Below the pieces are notes generated by a model, which saw nothing but the letters and a program-made list of their open reading frames with translations, had not been told where the DNA came from and ran no database searches. DNA of 64,000 nucleotides from Salinispira sp. (lineage in GTDB: Bacteria > Spirochaetota > Spirochaetia > DSM-27196 > Salinispiraceae). Where the stretch lies: positions 2,304,001 through 2,368,000 of the forward strand of contig OZ271918.1 in assembly GCA_965602015.1 (NCBI GenBank), read 5' to 3'. A program made the translations under genes and the position numbers. Of the stretch, positions 8,528-17,046 are shown piece by piece (the stretch's first letter is position 1; each line of letters begins with the position of its first letter).

Positions 8528-9343
8528 TCACAAATCCCGATAAGCGCGCCGATCCGGCAATCCGGACAGGACACCGTAATACGAAAGCCCCTCAAGGACT
8601 CCGGCGGCGAAGGGTTTTTCGGCGACGAAGGCCCCCCTGCTTGTAGCCGCAGACATCAACTCCGGAAGGGCGTTGCCAACGGCAATTCCCCGCACCCCGT
8701 CGAGGGCGAACATTGAACTGTCATTTCCCGTATCTCCGGCGACCAGACAGGCCTCGGGAGAAATTTTCAGCCAGGCGGCAAGCCATGCCAGGGCATTTCC
8801 CTTGTTGGCCTTTGCCGGCAGGATGTCCAGATCCCGGTCAGAGGAGTAAATCAGGTTTACTTCCAGATTTTGCCCATGGAGGGAGGCGAGGATTTCCTCT
8901 AGCTGCTGTGGAGTAGCATTGTGCAGGTACCAGCTCGACTTAAAGCGATTTTGAAACTTCTCCGCCTGCATTTCAGCATGCGGAAAGGTTCTCATCACCT
9001 TTAAAACCACATCGAGGTCCCATCCCTTATTGAGGGAATCGGAAAACTCATTAAGCACCGTTTTGGCGGCAAAATCGTAAATAACCGTGCCGACCCCGCA
9101 TATCAGGTAATCGGGATCCGGCAGGTCCGTGGTTTCAACGGCTTCAAGACTGTGGTCCAACAGCCTTCCCGAGTTATACACGAGGTAGGGGGAAGAGTTT
9201 TTGTCACTGCCGGATCCGTTTCTCCTCAAAGCCTCCCAGTTTTTTTTGAAGGCCAGGGTCGCAGCCGGATCGCCAAGCAAGGTTCCGTCCAGATCGGAGG
9301 AGAACAGTGCAAATGATGGAGGCATGTGCATCTCCCTTTCCAA
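8528..9343 (-). CDS. mfppA: HAD-IIB sucrose-phosphatase-like enzyme, probable mannosylfructose-phosphate phosphatase
   Basis: SDLDGTLLG, YNSGR, PDYLICGVGT, DLDILPAKANKG, AGDTGNDSSM; adjacent to an mfpsA-like gene. Confidence 0.75.
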   Translation of the reverse strand: MEREMHMPPSFALFSSDLDGTLLGDPAATLAFKKNWEALRRNGSGSDKNSSPYLVYNSGRLLDHSLEAVETTDLPDPDYLICGVGTVIYDFAAKTVLNEFSDSLNKGWDLDVVLKVMRTFPHAEMQAEKFQNRFKSSWYLHNATPQQLEEILASLHGQNLEVNLIYSSDRDLDILPAKANKGNALAWLAAWLKISPEACLVAGDTGNDSSMFALDGVRGIAVGNALPELMSAATSRGAFVAEKPFAAGVLEGLSYYGVLSGLPDRRAYRDL

Positions 9344-10678
9344 TCAGGCCGGGCCTGCATCAGTGAGGGTTTCCACCTCGTTGAGCAGGTGCTGTGCAAT
9401 TCCCGTCCAGGTAAACCTGGCCCGGGCCCGCTGAGCACCCCGGAGCTTGAGGCGGTCGTGAAGCCCGCGGTGCTGAAGAACCTGATACATATTAATCCCC
9501 AGCTCCTGCTTGTCGAAAGGATCGGCGAACAGGGCGTGCACTCCGTAGTCGAGAACCCGGTGTAGCCCGCCGTTCATGGTTACCACGCAGGGGGTACCGC
9601 TGGCCATTGCCTCGATGGCAGTCATTCCGAACGGCTCGTAGCGGCTCGATAGCACAAAGAGATCAGCAGCGCGGTAGTACTCCGGCAGGTCCTCGTCACT
9701 AATGTACCCCATAAAATCCACGCACTCCTGGACGCCGCCGTTTTTGGCGACACTCTGCAGTTTTTCGAAAATCGCCTGCTCGGAAGGACTGCGGTCGTCG
9801 TGTCCGATTGCCAGAACGAGCCGGGCGTCGGGGATGCGCTGATGCACCAGGGAGAACGAATCGATAAGAAGGTCCAGACCCTTGTTATCCGCCAGACGGG
9901 ACACGGCGAAAACCGTCGGCCCCCTCCAGTTTAGCTGGGTACGCAAGGCTTCGCGGCTTGATTCTCCCACGGGGTAAAACCGGTTGTCGTCATAGCCCGG
10001 AGGAATCATCCGCATATCTGTCTGGGATACGTCGTAATCTTCGCCGATTTTGTCGACCTGAATGGGCGTCGTTGCAATGAGCAGGTCGCAGGTGCGGTAT
10101 ATACGGTTTTCGTGGGCAATCCGCTCGTTGAAATTATACTTTTCCTCGAAGGAATCGGCATTCTCCCGGTAATCGGTCTGCATTTGCTCTTTCTTCCAGC
10201 TGCCGATCGAGTGGGGCGTATGAACATGGGGAATTTCCAGCTGCTCGGAAATCAACTGACCGGCGAGTCCCGCATCCCAGTAATGGGAATTCACAAAGCT
10301 GTACTCCAGATTGTGACGGTCTATGTATGCCTTGGCGTTTTTAACCCATTCGGGGATATTTTTATACAGATATTCCTTGGGGATGAAGTCCTTGCCCCCG
10401 CAGGGCACACGGATAACCCGGACGTTTTCATCCACGCTTTCCACCTGCACCTGATCTTCGAACTGTCGGGTCCAAATGTCGACCTTGTACCCGAATTGAG
10501 CGATTTTTTTTGAGAGCTCGATAACATATACCACCTGGCCCCCGGTGTCCGGAGCTCCGAGAGGCGGATCTGCGGCCACATACCCGTGGGTGGAAATCAT
10601 CATTATGCGCCGGGATGCGCTTGGTCTTAGATTCCCTTCTTTCTCGCCGCTTTGCGCCTTTTCGCCGTTATGTTCCAT
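9344..10678 (-). CDS. mfpsA: GT4 glycosyltransferase, probable mannosylfructose-phosphate synthase (SPS-like)
   Basis: ISTHGYVAADPPLGAPDTGGQVVYV, PCGGKDFIPKEYL, SHYWDAG, HTPHSIG, YEPFGMTAIEAMASG. Confidence 0.78.
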   Translation of the reverse strand: MEHNGEKAQSGEKEGNLRPSASRRIMMISTHGYVAADPPLGAPDTGGQVVYVIELSKKIAQFGYKVDIWTRQFEDQVQVESVDENVRVIRVPCGGKDFIPKEYLYKNIPEWVKNAKAYIDRHNLEYSFVNSHYWDAGLAGQLISEQLEIPHVHTPHSIGSWKKEQMQTDYRENADSFEEKYNFNERIAHENRIYRTCDLLIATTPIQVDKIGEDYDVSQTDMRMIPPGYDDNRFYPVGESSREALRTQLNWRGPTVFAVSRLADNKGLDLLIDSFSLVHQRIPDARLVLAIGHDDRSPSEQAIFEKLQSVAKNGGVQECVDFMGYISDEDLPEYYRAADLFVLSSRYEPFGMTAIEAMASGTPCVVTMNGGLHRVLDYGVHALFADPFDKQELGINMYQVLQHRGLHDRLKLRGAQRARARFTWTGIAQHLLNEVETLTDAGPA

Positions 10679-10812
10679 GTTCTCTCCTTATTTTCTGCTC
10701 ATTCGTTGATGCTTATCACACTAACATACAAATCATCACGGCGAACGGCCAGTGGCCTTCAGTCTGCCCGGAGGTGCTTGTGCCCCGGGGCCTGCTGCAG
10801 TAGGGTATAGGT

Positions 10813-12480
10813 ATGAGCAGGAAACGCGACCGTTCCATCGGCGATTTTTGCGCCGATGAAGAGCTTCAGCCGGAAGACAAGCGGGGCTACGAACTAATCA
10901 GCGACGCCCGGGGAAACAAGGGTACCAGCTTCAGCCGTGAAGAGCGCAATAACCTGGGACTCCGGGGCCTTCTACCCTACGGCATTGCAACCCAGGATTT
11001 CCAGGTGAAGCGGGTGCTGTCAAATCTGGATACCAAGACGACGCCCATCGGTAAGTATATTTTTCTGCGCTCCCTGGAGAACCGCAACGAACGGCTCTAC
11101 TACCGGGTAATAATGGACCACATCCGCCAGTTGATGCCCATAATCTACACCCCCACTGTCGGTCAGGTATGCAAGGAGTTTGCCCAGATTTTTCGGCATG
11201 CCAAGGGATTCTACGTCACGCCGGAAGATCGGGGTCAGATCCGCCGCATCCTGGACAACTGGCCCAGGGACGAGGTGAAAATAATCGTCGTCACCGACGG
11301 TGAGCGGATTCTCGGCTTGGGAGATCTGGGCGCAAACGGCATGGGTATTCCCATCGGCAAACTGGACTTGTACATCGCCGGGGGCGGCATTGATCCTAAA
11401 TACTGCCTGCCGGTCATGCTCGACGTGGGCACTGAAAACGAAGAGCTGCTGAAAGATCCCCTCTACCTGGGCTGGCCGCATCGCCGCCTCAGGGGAGCCG
11501 AATATATGTCCCTGGTCGAGGAATTCGTTTTCGCCGTCCAGGACAAATTCCCCAAGGCGCTCATACAGTTCGAAGACTTCGCCACGCCCAATGCCTACCT
11601 TCTTCTCGAACGTTTCCGGGATGCGGTATTGTCATTTAACGATGACATTCAGGGCACCGCGGCAGTGGTGCTGGCCGGTTTAAAGGCGGCCATCCGCATC
11701 AGCCGGACGGCCTTCCGCGACCTAAAAGTGATGTTTTTGGGCGCGGGCTCCGCGGCCACGGGTATTGCCCGGCTACTGATAAAGGCCTACCAGTTTGCCG
11801 GCCTCAGCGAAGATGAGGCAAAGTCCCGGATTGTATTCGTCGATGAACACGGCGTCCTCATCACACAACGGGACGATTTGAAGGATTTTAACCGGGATTT
11901 CGCGGTGGACCGCAGCCCCACGGACTTCCTGACGGCAATAAAGGATTTTGCCCCCCACGCGCTTATCGGCGCCACCGGCGTCCCGGGCACCTTCAGCGAG
12001 GAAGCCCTGGGGATTATGTCGGAGGGAACCTCCCGGCCCATAGTGTTCGCCCTTTCGAATCCCACCGAACGGGCGGAATGCAGCGCGGAAGAAGCCTATG
12101 CCAGAACAGGCGGAACGGCGATTTTCGCCAGCGGCAGCCCGTTCCCCGGGCTGACCATGGGCGGCAAAAGCTTCGAGCCGGCGCAGGGGAATAACGTGTA
12201 TATCTTTCCCGGAGTGGGGCTTGGAGCCATCAGCGTGGCGGCAAGCAGGGTGTCAGACAGCATGTTTCTCGCCGCAGCGGAGTGCCTCGCCGGTCTGGTT
12301 GAGGAGGATGCCCTGGAGCGCGGCGCGGTCTACCCGCCGTTGAGCGACCTCCACAACATATCTCTTGAGGTGGCGGTTGCCGTCGCCCGGCAGGCCTATG
12401 ATGAAAACCTCGCTCGCCTGCCCCGCCCGGCGGACCTGAGAGAATTTATCGAAGCGCAGATGTACTCGCCGAAGTACTGA
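10813..12480 (+). CDS. maeA: NAD-dependent malic enzyme
   Basis: IYTPTVG, VTDGERILGLGDLG, QFEDF, FNDDIQGT, GAGSA, ALSNPT, QGNNVYIFPG. Confidence 0.95.
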   Translation: MSRKRDRSIGDFCADEELQPEDKRGYELISDARGNKGTSFSREERNNLGLRGLLPYGIATQDFQVKRVLSNLDTKTTPIGKYIFLRSLENRNERLYYRVIMDHIRQLMPIIYTPTVGQVCKEFAQIFRHAKGFYVTPEDRGQIRRILDNWPRDEVKIIVVTDGERILGLGDLGANGMGIPIGKLDLYIAGGGIDPKYCLPVMLDVGTENEELLKDPLYLGWPHRRLRGAEYMSLVEEFVFAVQDKFPKALIQFEDFATPNAYLLLERFRDAVLSFNDDIQGTAAVVLAGLKAAIRISRTAFRDLKVMFLGAGSAATGIARLLIKAYQFAGLSEDEAKSRIVFVDEHGVLITQRDDLKDFNRDFAVDRSPTDFLTAIKDFAPHALIGATGVPGTFSEEALGIMSEGTSRPIVFALSNPTERAECSAEEAYARTGGTAIFASGSPFPGLTMGGKSFEPAQGNNVYIFPGVGLGAISVAASRVSDSMFLAAAECLAGLVEEDALERGAVYPPLSDLHNISLEVAVAVARQAYDENLARLPRPADLREFIEAQMYSPKY

Positions 12481-12517
12481 GTTCCTGGCTCTCCTGTAAT
12501 AAAAACTTTGCCGATTG

Positions 12518-12557
12518 ATCGCACAAGATATATCTTACCCGATATATCTTGTGCGAT
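12518..12557. promoter_or_regulatory. 17-bp perfect inverted repeat, candidate OhrR/MarR operator
   Basis: ATCGCACAAGATATATC-TTACCC-GATATATCTTGTGCGAT, immediately before the GGAGG RBS of the oxidoreductase gene. Confidence 0.75.
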
Positions 12558-12571
12558 GTATTGGAGGCAGC

Positions 12572-13969
12572 ATGAAAACGGTTCACAGTTTGGTAATCGG
12601 AGCGGGCTCGGGAGGCATTACCGCAGCAGTGACGGCGGCGGGATTCGGCAAATCGGTGATAATGGTAGATAAAAATCTTCCGGGCGGAGAATGCACCTGG
12701 TCGGGCTGCGTGCCCAGCAAGGCCCTCATTCACAAGGGGCAGGAAAGCTGGACAACCAGGCAGCTGGTTGCGGATTACGTTCCCGACCGGAAAGCCGCCA
12801 TGGACTACGTTCACCAGGTACGCGAAACCGTATACCAGCACGAAAGCCCCGAGGCATTAAAAAAAATGGGAATAGATTTTATCCAGGGAGAAGCCAGCTT
12901 TATCGACGGTAATACGGTTTTGGTGGGGGATGAAAAAATCCGGGCAAAGCGGATATTTATTGCCACCGGCTCCTCAGCCTTTGTCCCTCCCATCGAAGGC
13001 ATAAAAGATATTCCATTCCTCACAAATGAGAGCCTGTTTGAACTCGATAGTTTGCCTGAATCCATGATCGTGCTCGGCGGCGGCCCCATCGGCATAGAAT
13101 TGTCCCAGGCGATGGTGCGCCTAGGCGTGAAGGTCGATCTGGTAGAAATGATGGACAGAATTATGCCCCGGGAGGAAGAAGAACTCACTTCGCCCCTTCA
13201 GGACAAGCTCGTTGAGGAAGGCTTGGGCATTCATTGCGGGACCAAGGCCGTTCGGGCGGAAAAAGGCGAGAAGGGCGTTGTTCTCCATTGCCAGGACCCT
13301 GATAAAAAAGAGGTCGTTTTTACCGCTGATGCTATTCTTGTTGCGGTGGGGCGCAGAGCGAATGTCGACGGTTTGAAGCTTGAAGCCGCGGGCATCGACT
13401 ACAGCCCCAAGGGCATTGCGGTAAATCGGAAGATGGAAACCAGTGCGAAGGGCGTGTACGCCTTCGGTGATGTAACCGGCCCCTGGCTCTTTTCCCACAT
13501 GGCCAATACCCAGGGAATCCAGGCGGTACAAAACGCCCTTCTCCCTTTTTCACGCAAGGTAAGTGCACAGACGCCGGTGTGGGCCACATTTACCGAACCT
13601 GAGCTTGCCCGTTCAGGCCTCAGCGAGGCGGAAGCCAGGGAGCAGTACGGAAACCGCGTTCGCATCTACAAATACGATATGAATGATCTGGACCGAACCC
13701 GAACAGCAGGCCGGGGCATTGAGCAGGTCAAACTCGTTCTGGATAGAAAGGGCAGGGTCCTCGGGGCCACAATTCTGGCCGACCGGGCGGGGGAAATGAT
13801 TGGTGAAGTTCAGGTTATCCGAAGCCTGAAGGCCAATTTCGGAAAGCTGGCGGGAATAATCCACCCCTACCCCAGCTATGGAGAAGTCTTCCAGAAAATC
13901 GGGAAAAAGGTGCTGGTGGACAATCTGCTCAATCATCCGCTGGTAAAGCTGTTCAGGAAATCTTCGTGA
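12572..13969 (+). CDS. Class I pyridine nucleotide-disulfide oxidoreductase (LpdA/MerA/RclA-like)
   Basis: GAGSGG, GGECTWSGCVPSK, GGGPIGIE, GDVTG, HPYPSYGE; ATG 12572 follows GGAGG. Confidence 0.9.
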   Translation: MKTVHSLVIGAGSGGITAAVTAAGFGKSVIMVDKNLPGGECTWSGCVPSKALIHKGQESWTTRQLVADYVPDRKAAMDYVHQVRETVYQHESPEALKKMGIDFIQGEASFIDGNTVLVGDEKIRAKRIFIATGSSAFVPPIEGIKDIPFLTNESLFELDSLPESMIVLGGGPIGIELSQAMVRLGVKVDLVEMMDRIMPREEEELTSPLQDKLVEEGLGIHCGTKAVRAEKGEKGVVLHCQDPDKKEVVFTADAILVAVGRRANVDGLKLEAAGIDYSPKGIAVNRKMETSAKGVYAFGDVTGPWLFSHMANTQGIQAVQNALLPFSRKVSAQTPVWATFTEPELARSGLSEAEAREQYGNRVRIYKYDMNDLDRTRTAGRGIEQVKLVLDRKGRVLGATILADRAGEMIGEVQVIRSLKANFGKLAGIIHPYPSYGEVFQKIGKKVLVDNLLNHPLVKLFRKSS

Positions 13970-14442
13970 TCCGCGAAGACCTGCGGCTGGAGAACCAGCT
14001 TTGTTTCAGGGTGCATCGGCTTTCCAGGCAGTTCATCGGCCTGTATCAGCCCCTCCTGAACCGCCTGGGGCTGACCTACCCCCAATACCTGGTAATGCTC
14101 GTGTTGTGGGAAGAAGACAGCATGGATTACCAGGAGCTGGCCGACCGGCTGGATTACAGCACAGGAACCCTGACGCCGGTTATTCAGAGACTGGAGCAGG
14201 CAGGACTGATACAACGGGAGAAATGCAGCGTCGACCGCCGGCGTACACAGGTCTGCCTGCTGCCTGACGGGGAAGCCCTGCGCAGCGAGGTTGAGGCAAT
14301 GGCAGACATAATCAACGAAACCCGTATTGTGACCGGCGAAAAAAAGCTTTCACAATATGGCTCAGCCATAGACAGTCTCAGCAAGACCATTGAGCGCTTT
14401 GACTCCGCAAGCAAAAATAAAGAGAAAGAAGGAATACACTGA
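13966..14442 (+). CDS. OhrR-like MarR regulator
   Basis: LENQLCFRVH (N-terminal sensing Cys), GLTYPQYLVMLVLWE, TGTLTPVIQRLE, DRR. Confidence 0.9.
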   Translation: MIREDLRLENQLCFRVHRLSRQFIGLYQPLLNRLGLTYPQYLVMLVLWEEDSMDYQELADRLDYSTGTLTPVIQRLEQAGLIQREKCSVDRRRTQVCLLPDGEALRSEVEAMADIINETRIVTGEKKLSQYGSAIDSLSKTIERFDSASKNKEKEGIH

Positions 14443-14885
14443 TGATTGCACTGTACATCGCCGGTGGGCTCATCGCCCTTATGGCACTTGGTATGGTAGT
14501 TCAGAACAACCGCGTGCCGGCAAATCTGGGACAGCTGGAGGGTAAATTACATCCCATGCCCGCAAGCCCGAATGCTGTTAGCTCTCAGACTGACGACCGG
14601 GAGAAGCTGGTCGCCCCGCTGCCCTTCTCCGGAGACGCAGGCTCAAGTCTCGATGCAATTGAAAAAATCATAAAGAGTCACGGCGCCACGGTGGTCCGGC
14701 GTGATGGACACTACATTCACGCCGTCTATACCACCCGGGGAATGAAGTTCAAAGACGACGTCGAATTCCTGGCGGTTCCGGAGGAATCTCTGGTGCATTT
14801 CCGCAGCGCATCCCGGGTCGGTCATAGCGATATGGGCGTAAACCGAAAACGCTACGAAAAAATCGCCCGGGAATACGGCGGGTGA
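14442..14885 (+). CDS. DUF1499 family protein
   Basis: SPNAVSSQ, FKDDVEF, RSASRVGHSDMGVNRKR. Confidence 0.9.
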   Translation: MIALYIAGGLIALMALGMVVQNNRVPANLGQLEGKLHPMPASPNAVSSQTDDREKLVAPLPFSGDAGSSLDAIEKIIKSHGATVVRRDGHYIHAVYTTRGMKFKDDVEFLAVPEESLVHFRSASRVGHSDMGVNRKRYEKIAREYGG

Positions 14886-14934
14886 AGACCGCCGCCGGTT
14901 ACCGGTTCAGAACCTGGATGACGGCGGCTAATCC

Positions 14935-16713
14935 CTATTTGAGATACAGGCGGCTGACCACCCCACGAAAGCCATGTTCGGTAAAGGGATGCAGGGTCGA
15001 AGAGTCCAAATTCCCCACGGCATTTGAGGCGGCCACTGCCGTTTCCGGTGCGGCGGTGTACACCCATGGAGCCTTATCCAGCCAGATTTCCTGAATAATC
15101 CGATATTGGGCTCTCCGCTCATTCTCGTCGACGGTGGTGGCTGCCGCAATAAATGCATTGTCAACATCGGCCTCCCACTGTGTCGCCGGACTGGACTGCC
15201 CCGGATTGGTAAGGTGAAGATTGCCGCTGGACGGAATGGTATCGGCGCTGGCCAGGGGGTCGATCGAACTGGTAAAGCCGATCAGAACTAATTCCCAATC
15301 GTAGGTTCCAAGAAGCTGATCAACCAGATCTCCAAAGGGGATAAAGCTGGTTTGCACGTCGATGCCGGCGAGGGCCGCGGACTGGGAAAAAATCTCTGCT
15401 ATGGCTTCCCGAGCGACATTGCCCGCATTTGTCGCAATCGTCAAACTGATGGGATTGCCGCTGTCGTCTTCCCGAATGCCGTCAGAGTCGCTGTCAATCC
15501 ACCCCAGGGTATCGAGGATGGATTGGGCAGCCGCTACATCGTAAAGCGGCGCGTTCGCCGGCGCCTCCGTCCAATAAAAGGGCGATGAGGGATGAATAAT
15601 TGAATACCGCGGAACCGCCCGCCCGTTTAACGCATCGCTGATGATGGTGCTGCGGTCCACCAGATGCGCCAGGGCCCGTCGGAACTCGCGGTTGGTGAGC
15701 CATGAAAGCTCCGGATCAGATATTCCGTCGATACCGGGATCAGATGATCCATCGGGATTCTGATTCATGGCGATAAAATCCGCCGATGCTCTCACCCCGC
15801 TTTCATACAAGGTGGAATCGGGCCTTGCGGAAACATCATCGATGCCTTGGCCAAATACTTCGACGAGATCTGTGGTTTGGGCATTAAAAAGATCAACAAA
15901 ATTCCCGGGTATCATGGTAATGGTATCCAAATATGGGAGTTCTGTGTCGGCGGCATCCGACTCGAAGTAGTAGGGATTCGCCTCGAGAATGAGGCGATCC
16001 TGGTCAGGTCCCGCGCCGATTTCCTTCACCATAAAAGGACCGCTCGATACCAGTTCCCCGGGAGGAGTTTGGGAGGTCCACATCTCGTTCACCGCAGAGG
16101 CCCCTCCGGCGTTTATTATGGGCTCAATTATGTGTTTTGGCATAATCGGAATAGAGGCAAATTCCTCCCAGGAGGCATAGGCGACACTGGAGCTTATTCG
16201 CAGGGTCTGGGGATCCACAACGCTCCAGGTACTTTGGGCTCCGTCAATGGTCAAATTGACCGAAGTATCGATTATCCCTGAAAGAAAGAGGTCGACGGCG
16301 GAGTAAATAAGGTCTTCGATTGTCAAATCATCACCGTCGGACCAAAAAAGCCCTTCCCGGAGGGTTATGGTTATTCCTTTTGAGTCGGCATCAACGCTGT
16401 AGCTCTCCGCCAGTGCGGGCTCCCACTCAAGAGTTGCCTGATTTCTCCTCAACAGCGAGGTATGCATCAGACTGGTCACATCGGATACTGTAGAGGACTC
16501 GGCATTCCAAAACCTGAAGTGATCGGGAATACTCCCACCCACACGGAGGTTTCCGCCCTTGGTTCCCGTCTCTCCCCAGGGGTCGAGGGAGTAGCGAATC
16601 GGGTCCGACGCCCCCAGATCATCCAAATCCCCGGTATTATCGATTATCGGACACGCTCCAATAAGTACAAGAGCCAGGGCAGCAATTGACAGACAGCGCA
16701 ACTTTGATTTCAT
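14935..16713 (-). CDS. ABC transporter substrate-binding lipoprotein, family 5 (peptide/nickel type), orphan
   Basis: Lipobox LIGAC; EPALAESY, LREGLFWSDG, SSGPF, FRRALAHLVDR, DSDGIRED. Confidence 0.88.
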   Translation of the reverse strand: MKSKLRCLSIAALALVLIGACPIIDNTGDLDDLGASDPIRYSLDPWGETGTKGGNLRVGGSIPDHFRFWNAESSTVSDVTSLMHTSLLRRNQATLEWEPALAESYSVDADSKGITITLREGLFWSDGDDLTIEDLIYSAVDLFLSGIIDTSVNLTIDGAQSTWSVVDPQTLRISSSVAYASWEEFASIPIMPKHIIEPIINAGGASAVNEMWTSQTPPGELVSSGPFMVKEIGAGPDQDRLILEANPYYFESDAADTELPYLDTITMIPGNFVDLFNAQTTDLVEVFGQGIDDVSARPDSTLYESGVRASADFIAMNQNPDGSSDPGIDGISDPELSWLTNREFRRALAHLVDRSTIISDALNGRAVPRYSIIHPSSPFYWTEAPANAPLYDVAAAQSILDTLGWIDSDSDGIREDDSGNPISLTIATNAGNVAREAIAEIFSQSAALAGIDVQTSFIPFGDLVDQLLGTYDWELVLIGFTSSIDPLASADTIPSSGNLHLTNPGQSSPATQWEADVDNAFIAAATTVDENERRAQYRIIQEIWLDKAPWVYTAAPETAVAASNAVGNLDSSTLHPFTEHGFRGVVSRLYLK

Positions 16714-17046
16714 CTCATTCCTCCAGGATAGTCCGGATTTTTTCCCTCCATAATGGAGAATAGTTTACTTTTTTAATCCTTATTAACAGTATTGTAGGGC
16801 GACGTTTCCTTTCCTGCAAGAAATTTCACGATGGGAGGCGACAATGTTACAATCAAATCCGGATACAGCGTGAGATACGCCGATCATTTATTATGGCGGA
16901 TGCACACATTGTGCATATTGCATAATCACGTAAAGATACCGATGAATATTCGCTGTCATGCCATCGATTCTGCATATTTTTTACGATGTACCGTGATATT
17001 ATAGACGATACTCACTACACGGGGTGGTTTCTCCGAGGAGGCAGTT

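Noticed and set aside
12572..13969. Mercuric reductase (merA) call
   Set aside because: No C-terminal Cys-Cys pair, no N-terminal metal-binding domain and no mer genes nearby.
16900..16916. TGCAC...GTGCA palindrome as an NtrC site
   Set aside because: Spacing is N5 rather than the N7 of NtrC boxes, and I saw no convincing sigma54 -24/-12 motif.
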